A DNA stretch of 64,000 bases from Porphyridium purpureum. Taxonomy: Eukaryota. Under the pieces are notes generated by a model. That model did not search any database and was not told where the DNA came from. It saw nothing but the letters and a program-made list of their open reading frames with translations. The translations under genes were made by a program, and so were the position numbers. Position 1 is the stretch's first letter. Each line of letters opens with the position of its first letter. The stretch lies in the NCBI GenBank assembly GCA_008690995.1, contig VRMN01000001.1:1178001-1242000 (forward strand), in the 5' to 3' direction. Positions 52,338 through 63,900 of this stretch are shown here, one piece after another.

Positions 52338-54464
52338 TTAATCGGACAGATGCAAGTCGTCACGAAAGCTGGACTTGCTCGTGTCATTGCCCCCTTTCGC
52401 GCTGGGAATGAAGTCACGAGCAGACCATGAACGTGTTAGAGTTGGACTGGCTTGCTCGTCTTCAGAATCGCTCTCCAAAGGCACCGCGTCACCCGAACTG
52501 GGCACGGCGGTCGCCAGCATGCTTTTCTGCATCAGTTCGTAACGCTTCATCAGCTCCTGCCGCCGCTCGCTGAATGTGCTTGGGAAAAAGTCCGGGAAGA
52601 AGCGCTGGAGGAATGAGAACACGAGCACATGCCCAATGGGAGACAGCGGGATGATCAGGATGATCGTGAAGGGAATCAGAGTCAGCACATCCCGTCCCGT
52701 GCGGCGCAGCGTGCGCACTTCGCGCGGAGAAAGCGTGGTGCCGAGTATGGCCTTGCGTACTAATCGCACGGCGTAGCGAAGGTCACCTCCAATGAGACGG
52801 AAGCCGCGCCAGTAAAACTCGACGCCCTCACGGCCTTTTGTCACAGTTTCGCTCCAGCCGCGTCTCAATTTGGCCCAGTCTAGTCGCGCCGTGTACAAGT
52901 CGCTCTCGAGGCCTAATCTTCCTTTCAAATCTTGAATATCCAATGCCAAGAGACCTAGCGCGTCGTCCGGAATCAAGTGTGCCTCCCCCTCTGCCGCAAG
53001 GATGCGCAGGTCGGTCAGCCTCAGGTCCAGATCGCCAAACTCCTTCACGATGAGTTTCTCCTCCAACGAGCCCAGCATGGACTCAGTTTCAAGATCAAGG
53101 TAAATGAACATGCGCTCCATTTCCAGCTCCAGCACACGGACGGCGAGCTCGCGTCGCACATCATTTACTTGGTCGTCCATTTCGCGCAGCTCACGCGCGC
53201 GGATGAGCTTCCCCAACTGATCCTCTTTGCGCAAGCGCTGTTCGCGTGCCCTGCTGCATGCGGTCAATTTCTTTTCCAGGGTTTCAATTTCCCCTCGAAG
53301 CTTCCAAACCGCTGGCGATTCAATGTACGCGCTCTCCAGGTCAAACACGCGTGAGCGCGGCTCCGCCTGCTCGCCAACTGTTCGCCCATTCAGACGCGCC
53401 CATGTTTCGCCAAGACGATCCACGCTCCACTCTACAGACTGTTTGAGGGCATCAAAATCGGGGCTGCCGTCTTGTTTGGTAAATTGTGACACTTGGGTCG
53501 AAAGGTTGCTGCGTACACTCGAAAATCGTCGCTTCAAGTCTGCCGTAAATTCCTCGCCTGGCATCGATGCTCCCGCGCCATATCCACTCTGCGCTTCGCT
53601 CTGGCCTCCTGACGACGGCACGGACCCGCTACCCGTTGACTCTTCCCAGTTTGCATCTGACGAGGAGCCCGAATCTGAGCTCATGTCGGATGAAGACTGT
53701 GCCGCATCCTGCTGCAACTTTCGCAGGCGCCTTCGCTCACGCAAGAAGTCGTCCAGCTCGCTAATAACCTCATTCATGAAATTGAGCTGTTTGTTCACGG
53801 GCTCAGTCAGAGCACCTGCTAGGGCTTCTAGCGAAGAGACGTCCTGTGCAAGCTGGTCGCGCGCTTCCGGTAACGCGTTTCTTGCATTTTCTGATCTTTG
53901 CGTGGCGACATCAGAGCGGAGGAATTCGCCCTCTGCGGCAATGAGCACCTGCGCGCGTGCCAGGCTGCGTTCGGCGGAGCGCAGTGCGACGCGCGCCTCG
54001 AGCATCCTAGCGCGTTTTCGAATTGCGGCCATCAGCTCTGGCTCGGACCAAATTTTCTTCACAGAGCGTACATCATCCTCGACGCCGGTACCACCAACAC
54101 CCTTCTGTTCCACCTCAGAACCGTCTGGCGAAGAAGACGACGGAATGCTCGCTGCGTTCGGACGTTCTGGATCGCCGGGGACGCTTTTTGAGGCGCCATT
54201 TTTCGACGTATCGACGCCATTTGCTTCAAACGACGCCATGCTGACGCGCGCGAGCCGCCCCGCCCGGACACATTTTGCGCGGTCCCCTCTGGCCGTGGAC
54301 GAACACGCCGCGGCGCTGCGCCGAGCCGGCCGCGGGACGTGCGTCCAGCTTGTGGCGCTCACATACTGCGGCACGCCGTGGAACGCTGCCACCGCTCCCG
54401 CACCCGCAGCACACCTTCCACCCCCACCTCCTTCCACCTCCACGATGGCCCCCTTCCCATCCAT
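52338..54464 (-). CDS. Coiled-coil LETM1-like protein, probably plastid-targeted
   Basis: C-terminal G.RL...D....L.PRE.RTLRRT.RD.LTLIPF.II.I.PLSPIGH...FP..FPSTF. Start uncertain; the ORF is open to 54635. Confidence 0.82.
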   Translation of the reverse strand: MDGKGAIVEVEGGGGGRCAAGAGAVAAFHGVPQYVSATSWTHVPRPARRSAAACSSTARGDRAKCVRAGRLARVSMASFEANGVDTSKNGASKSVPGDPERPNAASIPSSSSPDGSEVEQKGVGGTGVEDDVRSVKKIWSEPELMAAIRKRARMLEARVALRSAERSLARAQVLIAAEGEFLRSDVATQRSENARNALPEARDQLAQDVSSLEALAGALTEPVNKQLNFMNEVISELDDFLRERRRLRKLQQDAAQSSSDMSSDSGSSSDANWEESTGSGSVPSSGGQSEAQSGYGAGASMPGEEFTADLKRRFSSVRSNLSTQVSQFTKQDGSPDFDALKQSVEWSVDRLGETWARLNGRTVGEQAEPRSRVFDLESAYIESPAVWKLRGEIETLEKKLTACSRAREQRLRKEDQLGKLIRARELREMDDQVNDVRRELAVRVLELEMERMFIYLDLETESMLGSLEEKLIVKEFGDLDLRLTDLRILAAEGEAHLIPDDALGLLALDIQDLKGRLGLESDLYTARLDWAKLRRGWSETVTKGREGVEFYWRGFRLIGGDLRYAVRLVRKAILGTTLSPREVRTLRRTGRDVLTLIPFTIILIIPLSPIGHVLVFSFLQRFFPDFFPSTFSERRQELMKRYELMQKSMLATAVPSSGDAVPLESDSEDEQASPTLTRSWSARDFIPSAKGGNDTSKSSFRDDLHLSD

Positions 54465-54997
54465 CCCGCTACCCCGCCCTTCCTGTATCCTCATGCTCTT
54501 TCTCTGTGCATGTGTGCCTGTCCCTCTGTCTCTACCTCGCTCTCTCCACCCACGCCTGCAACCCTTCTTCCGCTTCTCCCCTTCTATCGCAAACTTTTCC
54601 TCCATGCTGCCATTTTCCATCAATCCTCTTCTCAACTCGCACTAAAAACACACAATGCGTTACATAGTGTACCTCCGGCTATTGAAGGATATGGTACAGA
54701 TTATACCTTTCCATTTAATTTTAATTTTATTTTTAATTTCTTTTTGATATAAACATGGAGGTAGTCGTACAGTTACGAACCGATGAACGCAGGTAGTGTA
54801 CAGCTGGGTACGACGGTCGTCGGCACGGTCGAGGGGTTCCGTGTGGGGTACAAGGACGCTCTGCGGTGATAAGTGCGCGAGGAGCGATAGACAGAGAGAC
54901 AATTTGTGTGTTGCGTTTTGTGTTGTGTGTTGTGGTGGTGGCGAAAAGGATATAGTGGGACGACGCGGGCCAGAGTCGAGCGGGGTGGGCGGTGACG

Positions 54998-56209
54998 ATG
55001 GCGCCAAAGAAGAAGGAGGAAAAGTCCGCGAGAAAGCCCGTGCTGGGGCGCTTCTCGAACAACCTGAAAATGGGCATTGTGGGCCTGCCCAACGTCGGCA
55101 AGTCCACCTTCTTCAACACGCTCACAAAGCTGTCCGTCCCGGCAGAAAACTACCCCTTCTGCACAATCGAGCCGAACGAGGCCCGCGTCGCAGTCCCGGA
55201 TGAGCGCTTCGAGTGGCTGTGCGACACGTACAACCCGGCGTCGCGCGTCCAGGCCGCTCTCCAGATCTGGGACATCGCAGGCCTGGTCAAGGGAGCCCAT
55301 GAAGGGCAAGGCCTCGGAAACGCCTTCTTGTCAAACATCCAGGCCGTCGACGGCATTTTCCACGTCGTGCGCGTTTTTGAGGACGCCGAAATCACCCACG
55401 TCGAGGGCGAGATTAACCCAGTCCGTGACTTGGAAATCATTGAGAATGAGCTGGCGCTGAAGGATCTCGACAAGCTCACAAAGGCGTGTGCCGATGCCGA
55501 GACGAGGTTGGTCCGTGCGGGAAACAATGCGGACAAGAACCTGAAGACAGAGGTGGAGACACTGCGAAAAGCGAAGAAGTTGTTGGAGGAGGACAAGCTG
55601 CCGATCCGCGCAGGCGATTGGAGCCTGGCAGAGGCGGACGTGCTGAACTCTCATCTTTTCTTGACCGCCAAGCCTGTGATTTACCTTGTGAACCTGTCTG
55701 TGAAAGACTACGTGAAGAAGAAAAACAAGTGGCTGGCTAAGATCAAGGAATGGGTGGACTCGCGCACGAGCGAGCTCATTATTCCATTCTCAGCAGCTTT
55801 TGAAAGCGAGATCTTGGATCGCTCGCTGAACGAAGGGCCCGAGGCCGCCGAGGCTTACGAGAAGGAAATGGAGTGCAAGAGCAATCTGGCGAAGATTGTC
55901 AAACAAGGATACGCCGGGTTGAATCTCATCTACTTTTTCACGGCCGGTGCGGATGAGTGCAAGTGCTGGACGATCCGTAAGGGCTCGCTCGCGCCGCAAG
56001 CGGCGGGGGCGATTCACACCGACTTTGAGAAAGGCTTCATCAAGGCCGAGGTCATGGAGTTCAATATTTTGAAAGAGCTCGGCAGCGAGAACGCTGTCAA
56101 GGCGGCGGGCAAGTACCGCCAAGAGGGCAAGGCATACGAAGTCAACGACGGCGACGTCATCTACTTTCGGTTCAATGTTACATTCAAGGCAGAAAAGGCC
56201 AGAAAATAA
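54998..56209 (+). CDS. OLA1: Obg-like ATPase 1 (YchF family)
   Basis: GIVGLPNVGKST, NYPFCTIEPN, DIAGLVKGA, GLGNAFL, TGS domain APQAAGAIHTDFEKGFI. Confidence 0.96.
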   Translation: MAPKKKEEKSARKPVLGRFSNNLKMGIVGLPNVGKSTFFNTLTKLSVPAENYPFCTIEPNEARVAVPDERFEWLCDTYNPASRVQAALQIWDIAGLVKGAHEGQGLGNAFLSNIQAVDGIFHVVRVFEDAEITHVEGEINPVRDLEIIENELALKDLDKLTKACADAETRLVRAGNNADKNLKTEVETLRKAKKLLEEDKLPIRAGDWSLAEADVLNSHLFLTAKPVIYLVNLSVKDYVKKKNKWLAKIKEWVDSRTSELIIPFSAAFESEILDRSLNEGPEAAEAYEKEMECKSNLAKIVKQGYAGLNLIYFFTAGADECKCWTIRKGSLAPQAAGAIHTDFEKGFIKAEVMEFNILKELGSENAVKAAGKYRQEGKAYEVNDGDVIYFRFNVTFKAEKARK

Positions 56210-56360
56210 ACTTTCATACCCGTCCGTCTGTGCAATCTCCATGCCCAACAGCGTTCCACGCGTGGGCTCGCAATGTGGGCGTCAAAGACACTTACACGCA
56301 CCGCACGCAATGAGAGCGGTCTCTGACCATCAAGGCACAGAGTTGGCGTCCATATATTCC

Positions 56361-57215
56361 TCATAGATATAGCACGTCTGTGCGCAGCACCTGCCGCAGG
56401 CCCTGCACAACCGGCGCAGCTTCGTGCTCCAGGCATCGCTCAGGGCCGTGCCCATGCAAGAGCAGTCGTCCGCGTTGGGGTACAATCGCCTCTACAAGCT
56501 GCCCACGGCTTCCGTAAAATTTGATTTCACCACCTTTAAGATCTCCGCTCAGATAGATCAGCGCTGTGTATTCACTGCGCGCGCCAGATGCCGCGTCCAA
56601 ATTTGACTCATCAATATGTCTTCCAAAGCGGTCGCCTGGGCGATACTCGTAGAGTCGTATATTCGACGTGCATCCGAACACTTGCCTCCCATTGATGGAT
56701 GCAGGAAGTAAATTGAACGCTTGCATCCGCTCAAAAATTGCGCGCGAAAGTTGTGGGTCATCTAGCTGCATGCGGAACTGCCGGCGCTCAGCGTACATTA
56801 TATTTCCTGCCTGCTCACACCTTTCCATACTCTGCGACTTGCTCTGCTCAGAGAAATATACTTCCCACGCAGTTGTCTCCTCCGGGCTGAGAAAGCCATC
56901 GCAGAGCAGCGCGTCCATAGACATGTGTCGCAGCGCGCATGGAACATGCTTCTTGTACGCGTGAGGGCTGTTTGCGTATTCACATTCGCCACTTCGCGCG
57001 TCCGGCGGGTCGAGCCTCGATATCGACACGACTGCGCGGGAACATTTGCACGCCACGCCGCGCTCGTGCCGAAGTGGGTGCCAAGCACTCAAAGCGGTGC
57101 CATCTCTAGTGCCAGAATATTCAGCGCCGTTGTGACGAAGTTTGTCCTGATCTTGGGATCTCGACTGCCCGTCGTTTCTCCTGCTGCGTGACTTGTCCCC
57201 CTTGTTCCCGCCCAT
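56361..57215 (-). CDS. 2OG-Fe(II) oxygenase (prolyl 4-hydroxylase-like)
   Basis: IRLYEY..G..FGRHID, LIYLSG...GGE, LEHEA, LRTD. Alternative start at 56924. Confidence 0.85.
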   Translation of the reverse strand: MGGNKGDKSRSRRNDGQSRSQDQDKLRHNGAEYSGTRDGTALSAWHPLRHERGVACKCSRAVVSISRLDPPDARSGECEYANSPHAYKKHVPCALRHMSMDALLCDGFLSPEETTAWEVYFSEQSKSQSMERCEQAGNIMYAERRQFRMQLDDPQLSRAIFERMQAFNLLPASINGRQVFGCTSNIRLYEYRPGDRFGRHIDESNLDAASGARSEYTALIYLSGDLKGGEIKFYGSRGQLVEAIVPQRGRLLLHGHGPERCLEHEAAPVVQGLRQVLRTDVLYL

Positions 57216-57290
57216 GGTGACATACCGGCTTCGTTCTCCTTCTAAGAAAAAAAGTCGCGGAACGCATTCAAGAAGGGAAACAGTGGCACA

Positions 57291-59528
57291 ATGAGGAGCA
57301 GGTCAGGAGCCCGCAAAAAACAGCGGCGGGATTCTTCGAGCCCTTCAGAAAGCAGCGCATGGTCGTCTGATTCGTCATCAGGCTCATCTTCCGCCTCATC
57401 AACTTCGTCCGAGAGTGAACCGCGCTCCAACGCAGAAAGGCGACGCCGCCGACCGAAAGAAGCTAGGTCTTCTGAACATAGACGAAAGCATCTCAGTAGG
57501 ACGGCCGGTGGAGAAAAACGGAAAAGAAGGTTGAGACGAAAACAGACAGAAGCGCGCCGCAAGGAAAAATCCAGGAAAGACGCTCACGATGTTCAGAGTG
57601 CCAGGCTAAGTTCAAGAAAAAGGCGACGACGCAACCGCTCGACCAGTAGTGATAGTAGTAGTAGCTGCAGTAGCAGCAGCGAAAGCTCCAGCGGGTCGAC
57701 TAGCGCATCGAATACGAGGCACAAAGATACAAAGTACGTTCGCCCGGACCGGCATCGCCGTAGGTGTTTAACTGGAAATGGCGGCGACCTTGGTGAGAGC
57801 ATCCAAAATCGAGACAGCGACGGTCCGCTCCGATTGCACCAGGAGCGCGCAATGTCGTCATTTCTGCCCGAAGAGTCAGATAAGCATTATGAAATGAGTA
57901 GCAGCGGTGCACAAAATGAGCCGCTTGACATTCTCGACCCAGGGCAAACGGTGAGACCGAAACTGGTGTCGCCCGTAGAAAGTTCAGTAGGTCTTGCTGA
58001 CCTGGAGACCAATGTCAAGATTTCGCAGGAGCCGCCTTTATCAGCATCTTTAGGGCATGAACAGAACGGGTACGATCTAGTGGATGTTGTCGAGCCGGGA
58101 AGTGATGTCTTCGTTTGGCGCAAAAGAGAAAAGGCTCTTGCCAAGCACGGCCCTGATGGTCAGCGGCTTGGTTCGGCAGCGAATGATGCATCTCGATATG
58201 AGCTCTTGCGTGAGTTTGAAGAAGCTAAGCGTGCTCGCGAACGCCGCGAGCTCGAGCGCGCGGAGAAGAAGCGGGAGCAGATGCAACAGAATCGGTTGGA
58301 GGAGCAGGAACGGAATAAGGAGTGGGAAGAACAAGAGGAAGCATTTCATGCGAAACAGTTTTTCGACCGCCAGAAAATTCGCATACAGGAGCGGCGCGCT
58401 ACGCTGGCTGATGTGATTGCAAATAATCTTAGGCTGCTTGAGTCCCCACTGGAAATCAGATACGAATCAAAATCTGTGCGCGATCACTTGCGCGCAAGTA
58501 CCTTTGTTGAGCTCCAGACACTGGTGCCTGAGATCAAGAGGGCACTCTACTATTCAGTTCGAGCGCCTGTGATTGATTCTGGAGAAGTCCCCCGCGACTT
58601 TTTTATATCTCGAGACGAACGCGTCCAGTTTTGGAAGGACGTCGAGGTCATGGTGGTTGCAGAACTCAAAGTCAAGGATTCGAATGCATCGCCCGAAGCT
58701 CATACTGCTCAATTGGAGGAGAAACCATCAACAGGCCCGTCTGACCTGCCGCTGTATGGATTTGAGCCCGATATATGTCGTGCAGTAGCGACGGCGTGTG
58801 AGGACTCGAACGGGGAGACTTTGCGAGCGTACGTCTGCGAGTTGATCGGCCGAGGTAAGATTCCAAATCCAGCGTTTTGGGAGCACGTGCTGGAGCAAAT
58901 TGACGTAGCTGCCGCACAATCACGAATCAACTCGTTGTATGAGCGCGTGCGCGTCGAATACCAGCGCATCATGGACGCGATACCGGCATCGGAAAAAATG
59001 GCTTCGAACGCGGCTAAGCAGGAGCAGCTGACCACTCCGTATGATGAATCTGCGGAACTTGCAAATCTCCTGCGGGAAGAACGTGAAAAGGGAATGGAAC
59101 AAGATGAGGAAATGTACGCAAATGAAGCTGCTGTTGAACGTGTCTGGCGCAGCTGGCATGACAAACATACACCGAGGAAGCCGCGGTACTTCAACAGAGT
59201 GCACTTGGGATACGACTGGAACAAGTACAATCAAATGCATTATGACAAGACGAACCCGCCTCCAAAGACAGTCAAAGGATATAAGTTCAACATTTTTTAT
59301 CCGGATCTCTTGGACAAAGGGCAGACCCCGACCTTTCAGATTCACGATACGGACCATCCGGATATTTCCATCATTACATTTTATGCCGGCGCTCCGTACG
59401 AGCCCGTGGCATTCAAGATCGCCAGGCGACCTTGGGAATACTCACATAAGCGAGGTTACAAGTGTACCTTTGAGCGTGGCGTGCTTCGTCTGTGGTTCAG
59501 TTTTCAGCGCATGCGGTACCGGCGGTAA
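57291..59528 (+). CDS. CACTIN: Splicing factor Cactin
   Basis: RS-rich N-terminus, FVWRK, EEAFH..Q...R.KIRI.E.R, RKPRYFNRVHLGYDWNKYNQMHYD, GYKFNIFYPDL, C-terminal RYRR. Confidence 0.95.
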   Translation: MRSRSGARKKQRRDSSSPSESSAWSSDSSSGSSSASSTSSESEPRSNAERRRRRPKEARSSEHRRKHLSRTAGGEKRKRRLRRKQTEARRKEKSRKDAHDVQSARLSSRKRRRRNRSTSSDSSSSCSSSSESSSGSTSASNTRHKDTKYVRPDRHRRRCLTGNGGDLGESIQNRDSDGPLRLHQERAMSSFLPEESDKHYEMSSSGAQNEPLDILDPGQTVRPKLVSPVESSVGLADLETNVKISQEPPLSASLGHEQNGYDLVDVVEPGSDVFVWRKREKALAKHGPDGQRLGSAANDASRYELLREFEEAKRARERRELERAEKKREQMQQNRLEEQERNKEWEEQEEAFHAKQFFDRQKIRIQERRATLADVIANNLRLLESPLEIRYESKSVRDHLRASTFVELQTLVPEIKRALYYSVRAPVIDSGEVPRDFFISRDERVQFWKDVEVMVVAELKVKDSNASPEAHTAQLEEKPSTGPSDLPLYGFEPDICRAVATACEDSNGETLRAYVCELIGRGKIPNPAFWEHVLEQIDVAAAQSRINSLYERVRVEYQRIMDAIPASEKMASNAAKQEQLTTPYDESAELANLLREEREKGMEQDEEMYANEAAVERVWRSWHDKHTPRKPRYFNRVHLGYDWNKYNQMHYDKTNPPPKTVKGYKFNIFYPDLLDKGQTPTFQIHDTDHPDISIITFYAGAPYEPVAFKIARRPWEYSHKRGYKCTFERGVLRLWFSFQRMRYRR

Positions 59529-59575
59529 CACGTCTCTGCTCCATACAATGATGAAAGCGTTTCTACCGCGCGCTT

Positions 59576-60397
59576 TCAAAGTTGAATCTCTTCGTCGGTG
59601 TCCTGCTTGGAGAACTCGTCTTGCCGCTGATTGACAGTTTCGCGCAAGCCGGCTTGAATTCGCAGCTCTCGCATGACTCTATGTGCAGGCTCAAGATTAT
59701 CAATCTCGATCTTCTTGTTGCAACCGGCCCAGACGCAAAGCGGGTCTCTCGCCTCCCTCGCGGCTGATCGCACGTGTGCCATGATGCCATCCCTTGAGTA
59801 GTAGTGGCCACACTCGATATTCTGGACGGCGTCGTCCAGGGGCCCCTGTGTGATTGGACACTTCGTGAACGGTAGAGAGCTCTGTCCTTCTGCCATCTGC
59901 AGATCTGCGTCGGCCGCGTTGCTGCGGTTGGCCAGCCGCCTCTGAAGTCGGACATAGGCCTTGTCTGCCTTCACATCCACCTTGTCAAGAAGCAGCTTCC
60001 CGCTTTGCAGTTCGGAATGAAATGTATTTGATATGATCGCGACGCTGTCATTTTCGCCGGAATCCGCAGCCGCCGCCGGGCGCGAAGCCGCTGCACTCGC
60101 GCCGTCCGCACGTGCGACGGGACGGACCGCGGCGGCCTGCACGCACCTCTGCATTTCGTCCTCCGTGTGCCTCAGCACAGCGTGTCGCATTTCTGCCTCA
60201 GCACGCAGCTCGATACACACGCGCATGGCCGCCTCCAGCTCGGCTGCGCCGTCTCGCAGCGCAATGCCGTCCACATGCTGCTGCCCCGCGGGCGTGTCAA
60301 GTATCTCTGCGTAGCGCACGAGCTGCTCCGCGCACGAGCTGCTCAGTGTGCGCATGCTCTTCCATGCCTCCAACTGCGCGCCTATACTCTCACTCAT
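59576..60397 (-). CDS. NSE2: NSE2/MMS21 SUMO E3 ligase of the SMC5/6 complex
   Basis: Helical N-terminus plus SP-RING CPIT...CGHYY...CVWAGC. Start is either MSESIG (60397) or an upstream in-frame ATG up to 60451. Confidence 0.8.
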   Translation of the reverse strand: MSESIGAQLEAWKSMRTLSSSCAEQLVRYAEILDTPAGQQHVDGIALRDGAAELEAAMRVCIELRAEAEMRHAVLRHTEDEMQRCVQAAAVRPVARADGASAAASRPAAAADSGENDSVAIISNTFHSELQSGKLLLDKVDVKADKAYVRLQRRLANRSNAADADLQMAEGQSSLPFTKCPITQGPLDDAVQNIECGHYYSRDGIMAHVRSAAREARDPLCVWAGCNKKIEIDNLEPAHRVMRELRIQAGLRETVNQRQDEFSKQDTDEEIQL

Positions 60398-60454
60398 CAC
60401 TCTTTCCTTGCTCCCCTGTCCTTCTTCGACTGTCCACATCTCGGTCGACATTCC

Positions 60455-60872
60455 TGTCACAAAAACCGGTTTTACGGGGTTTTGTGCCCCGGAGAGACCG
60501 CGAAGGCGTAGGGAAGAACTGCTACACGTCAGGCAGTGGGCCCGCCACCACGGACGTGAGGTCGGTCTGCAGGAGGTGATCTTCAGAATCCCTTGCTGCT
60601 TATAAGGACAACAAACCCTTTTTAACTAAATGTTCTTCACTACGCTCATCTCTGGTCCTCCTTTTTCTCCCGTCATTAGCTTGCGGGAGACGGAGTCCAC
60701 TTTATATACTTCGCACGAGGTGACCGCTGTACGCCGGGCTGGCGTGGGACGAGATCCTGCGTGAGAACTATCTTGCGAGGCTCGGCATGATCCCGTGCCT
60801 GTCGACAGCCCGGAGAAGCGATGCGAGGTGCATCTCTTAGTACAGTGGCTTGGAAGAGTGAACTTTCTGACA
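60455..60872 (-). repeat. Putative 3' LTR (418 bp) of the copia element
   Basis: On the minus strand it starts TGTCAGAAA and ends TTTGTGACA (8/9 inverted termini). It follows a purine-rich tract and contains TATATAAA at 60701-60708. Confidence 0.7.
60701..60708 (-). promoter_or_regulatory. TATA box within the putative LTR
   Basis: TATATAAA on the minus strand. Confidence 0.55.
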
Positions 60873-60897
60873 CTAGCCCGACCTCGTTTTGTTGTTT
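60873..60897 (-). other. Candidate polypurine tract before the 3' LTR
   Basis: Minus strand AAACAACAAAACGAGGTCGGGCTAG|TGTCA, which is imperfectly purine-rich. Confidence 0.45.
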
Positions 60898-60978
60898 GCT
60901 GAGCGCGAGTGCGATGCTCAACGTTGAACCTGCTTGCGTAAGCGCAAATTAACCTTCTCCGAAAAACGTGAGAATGTT

Positions 60979-63900
60979 CTACTGAAGTAGATACACACGC
61001 GCGCTGGCAACGTCCGCTAGTTTACCGTGGCGTAACACGCGTCGCCAGAGCGGGCAGTCGCGCTCTTTGGTGAGCGCGTCGGCAACATTGTTGGCGCCCG
61101 CGACATGCACAAGTTCTGCGATCCGCCCCAGCGCCATGCCTTCCCGGAGAAGCAGAAGTCGAATCATCTGCCTCTTTTCCTGGAGAATGGAGCTGCTTGC
61201 AACCGAGTCGTATATTTGCTTTGAGTCAGTGGCGAGGACAATGGGCGCATCTAGCCCGCACTGATGTAGTTCGTTCTGTATGCCTTCAGCGAAATCGTAT
61301 GCCAACACCAAAGCCAGAAGTTCAGCACTCATGGCTGAGTGTGCCACCTGTTTGGCCTTATGTGACGAAGAATGCAGATGGTGTACTGTGTCAGATGAGT
61401 CACCAAGGAAAATCGCGAAACCAAGTTGGGAAGTGTGGTCGTGATTAGAGGCGTAACTGGCATCTGCAAATACGCGTATCCTTAGCGTCGCTGGGTCTAG
61501 TGGGGCATATCGCACTTGTACTCGGTGATGGTTCACATACTTGGCGAGTCGCACAACCTTTCTCGCGTGTTCTTGAGTAAAAGAGCTTGCTGTCACTTGG
61601 GCCAATTTGGCTGTTGCGCACTGGATGTCTGGGCGCGTGCCTGATGACAAGTAGGCCAGCTTGCCGCGTATTGAGCGAAATTCCTCGAAGGTCTGCACAT
61701 TCGGGATGCTTGATCCGAAGCATCTTTGGACATAAGCATCTTGGTCTATTGTCAAAGTCCGTCCTCGGGTGGTGACATGTGTCCCATTGAATGTAAAAGG
61801 CGGATCGAAACGACCTTTGTTATCGAGTCCAGAGGCAACTTTGGACTCTGCGGCGAACGCCGCCTCTTCGCCAAAAATCAAAGAATCGTCCACAAGCACG
61901 CCGACACCGCCGAGGAATGATTCTTCGGATCGGAGATAGAAGACGCAAGGGTCGAGACCGGCCGTATTAAAGCCTATATCACGGAGTCGCTTGGTCAGTG
62001 TGGCATGCCAGTAGGTCCCCGACTCTCTGAGTCCATACAATGGCTTGACTATCCGGGCGTATTGAGGGAATACACTTTCCGTGATTTTGGAAAGGATGTC
62101 CCGCACGTCAGACTTTAGCCGGATGAATACTTTGCGCGATAGGTCCCACTCACTCTGCAAGTATGCTTGAGCAAAATCGCGGTATGCGATTCTATGCCCC
62201 CGGATCACTGCTATGGAAAAGATCGTGCGCATCATAAACCGCGATAGCGTTGGCGCATTTATGGTTGTGGATTCCGCGCCCGGATCCCGTGTTTTGATGC
62301 CTTGTGCGACGAAGCGGGATTTGAAGGTACCGTCTGCCTTGACGGTGTTTTCCATTCGCGAGCCTAATAAAGTCGCGCCCGGCGGTACTTCATGCACTGC
62401 TTCAAGAGTGCCTCGATCGATTAAGCCACGAAGCTCCTTTTCCTTTGCTTCTTTCCATAAATCATCCTCGACATGGTCTGCGCTATCGAGCTTGAGAATT
62501 AGATTTTCCCGTACGTCTGTGGCTCGCAAATATGGTTTCACATTGTGGATGCTGAATGATAATTGTCTTGCCGGACCTCTCATATTCGGCACGAGCACCC
62601 ACACCCGGTTTCCATCAACCTTGGCGCACACAAACGGGCCCCCATACTCATACGCTTCTTCGCGGCGCACGAGGACCGGGACTCCAGCTTCAATTCTGTC
62701 CCCCTCCCGCGGAAATTCAGGGGCTCGGCTCGCCAATGCTGCTTTCACACGATATTCTGCAATGGCGCGTTCATACGCGCCCCGCGCAATTATGGCCGCG
62801 GAAAGGCGGGCAACATTCATTTCGCGGGAATCTTCTCGGGCCGATTCTGGTCGCATGGCCAGTCGTGGTATTGTCCCAAACACCAGAAGGCTGGGAATTA
62901 CACCTTCTGGGCCGGTGGTTACATTGACCGCCCGTACAGCGATGGCGAGAGAGTCCTCTGGAGTCAAACCTGGTTGGTCGCGGCGGACTCGTAGATACGT
63001 TTTCCGTAGAGGCTCATGGTGTCGTTCCACCGTTCCTTGGGACCAATGCGACTCTATGGGGACGACGTCTACGACAGAGCACTCCCCTAGCATGAGCGCC
63101 TTAAAGTCGGCTGACGCAAAATTACTCTGGTGGTCCACTGTGATTCGATGCGGACTACCGAATACAGATATCCATCCCCGGAAAAATAAACAGAACAGGT
63201 CTTGAGCAGTTTCTCCGGACACAAACCATGCCCCGTTGAGCTTTGTGCCATTGCAGACTGCGTGTAGAACCGGGATGGATGGACTTGTTGCATCTGGATT
63301 CAAGTACATGATGTCAAGCGATACATTGTGGTTAAATGAAACCTCAATTTCCGCAGCAACTTTAAAGCTGCTTCGCCGCCCGGAATACCACTGGCAAATA
63401 TCACACACGCGCAGCATGTCGTGTAGTTTCTTGTACTGTTCTGATGACAACGGGTTCCCAGAAAGGCGCAGTATCTTCTTCATCTGGGCGGCGCTTGCGT
63501 GTCCGAATCTTTTGTGAATATTTTTGAGCTCGGCGTCTGTGAACAGTAAAGCTTGTTCGGATGACTCCACATGGAATAATCCTTTCGAAAACGAATTTGC
63601 CGGGATCGATATGTGTTTGGAAGGCGCCACTTCTAAACGGATGTCAAAGTTCGGCCCTTGTAGTCGTAGAGGTGGTGGTTCACGTACCACGTTCAGTCGG
63701 TGACGCTCGAGTTCGTCGTTGCCGATGAGGATGGGCAGATTTGAGCCTTGGACCACAATGAAATGGAAAGAAAGAAAGGCGTCTGCACCAATCCCGACAC
63801 GCACGGTCCCGACTCCGACCGGCTCCAGGCGCTTTCCCCAGACAAGTGTTGGGAGTTCTTTTGGTACGGGTTCAAGTGTCTTAGGTGACCCTACGGTTTC

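Noticed and set aside
53227..54645. 472-aa plus-strand ORF
   Set aside because: Antisense shadow of the LETM1-like gene; Ser-rich with no motifs.
62213..63205. 330-aa ORF antisense to pol
   Set aside because: Shadow ORF with no recognisable domain; such ORFs are expected at this GC content.
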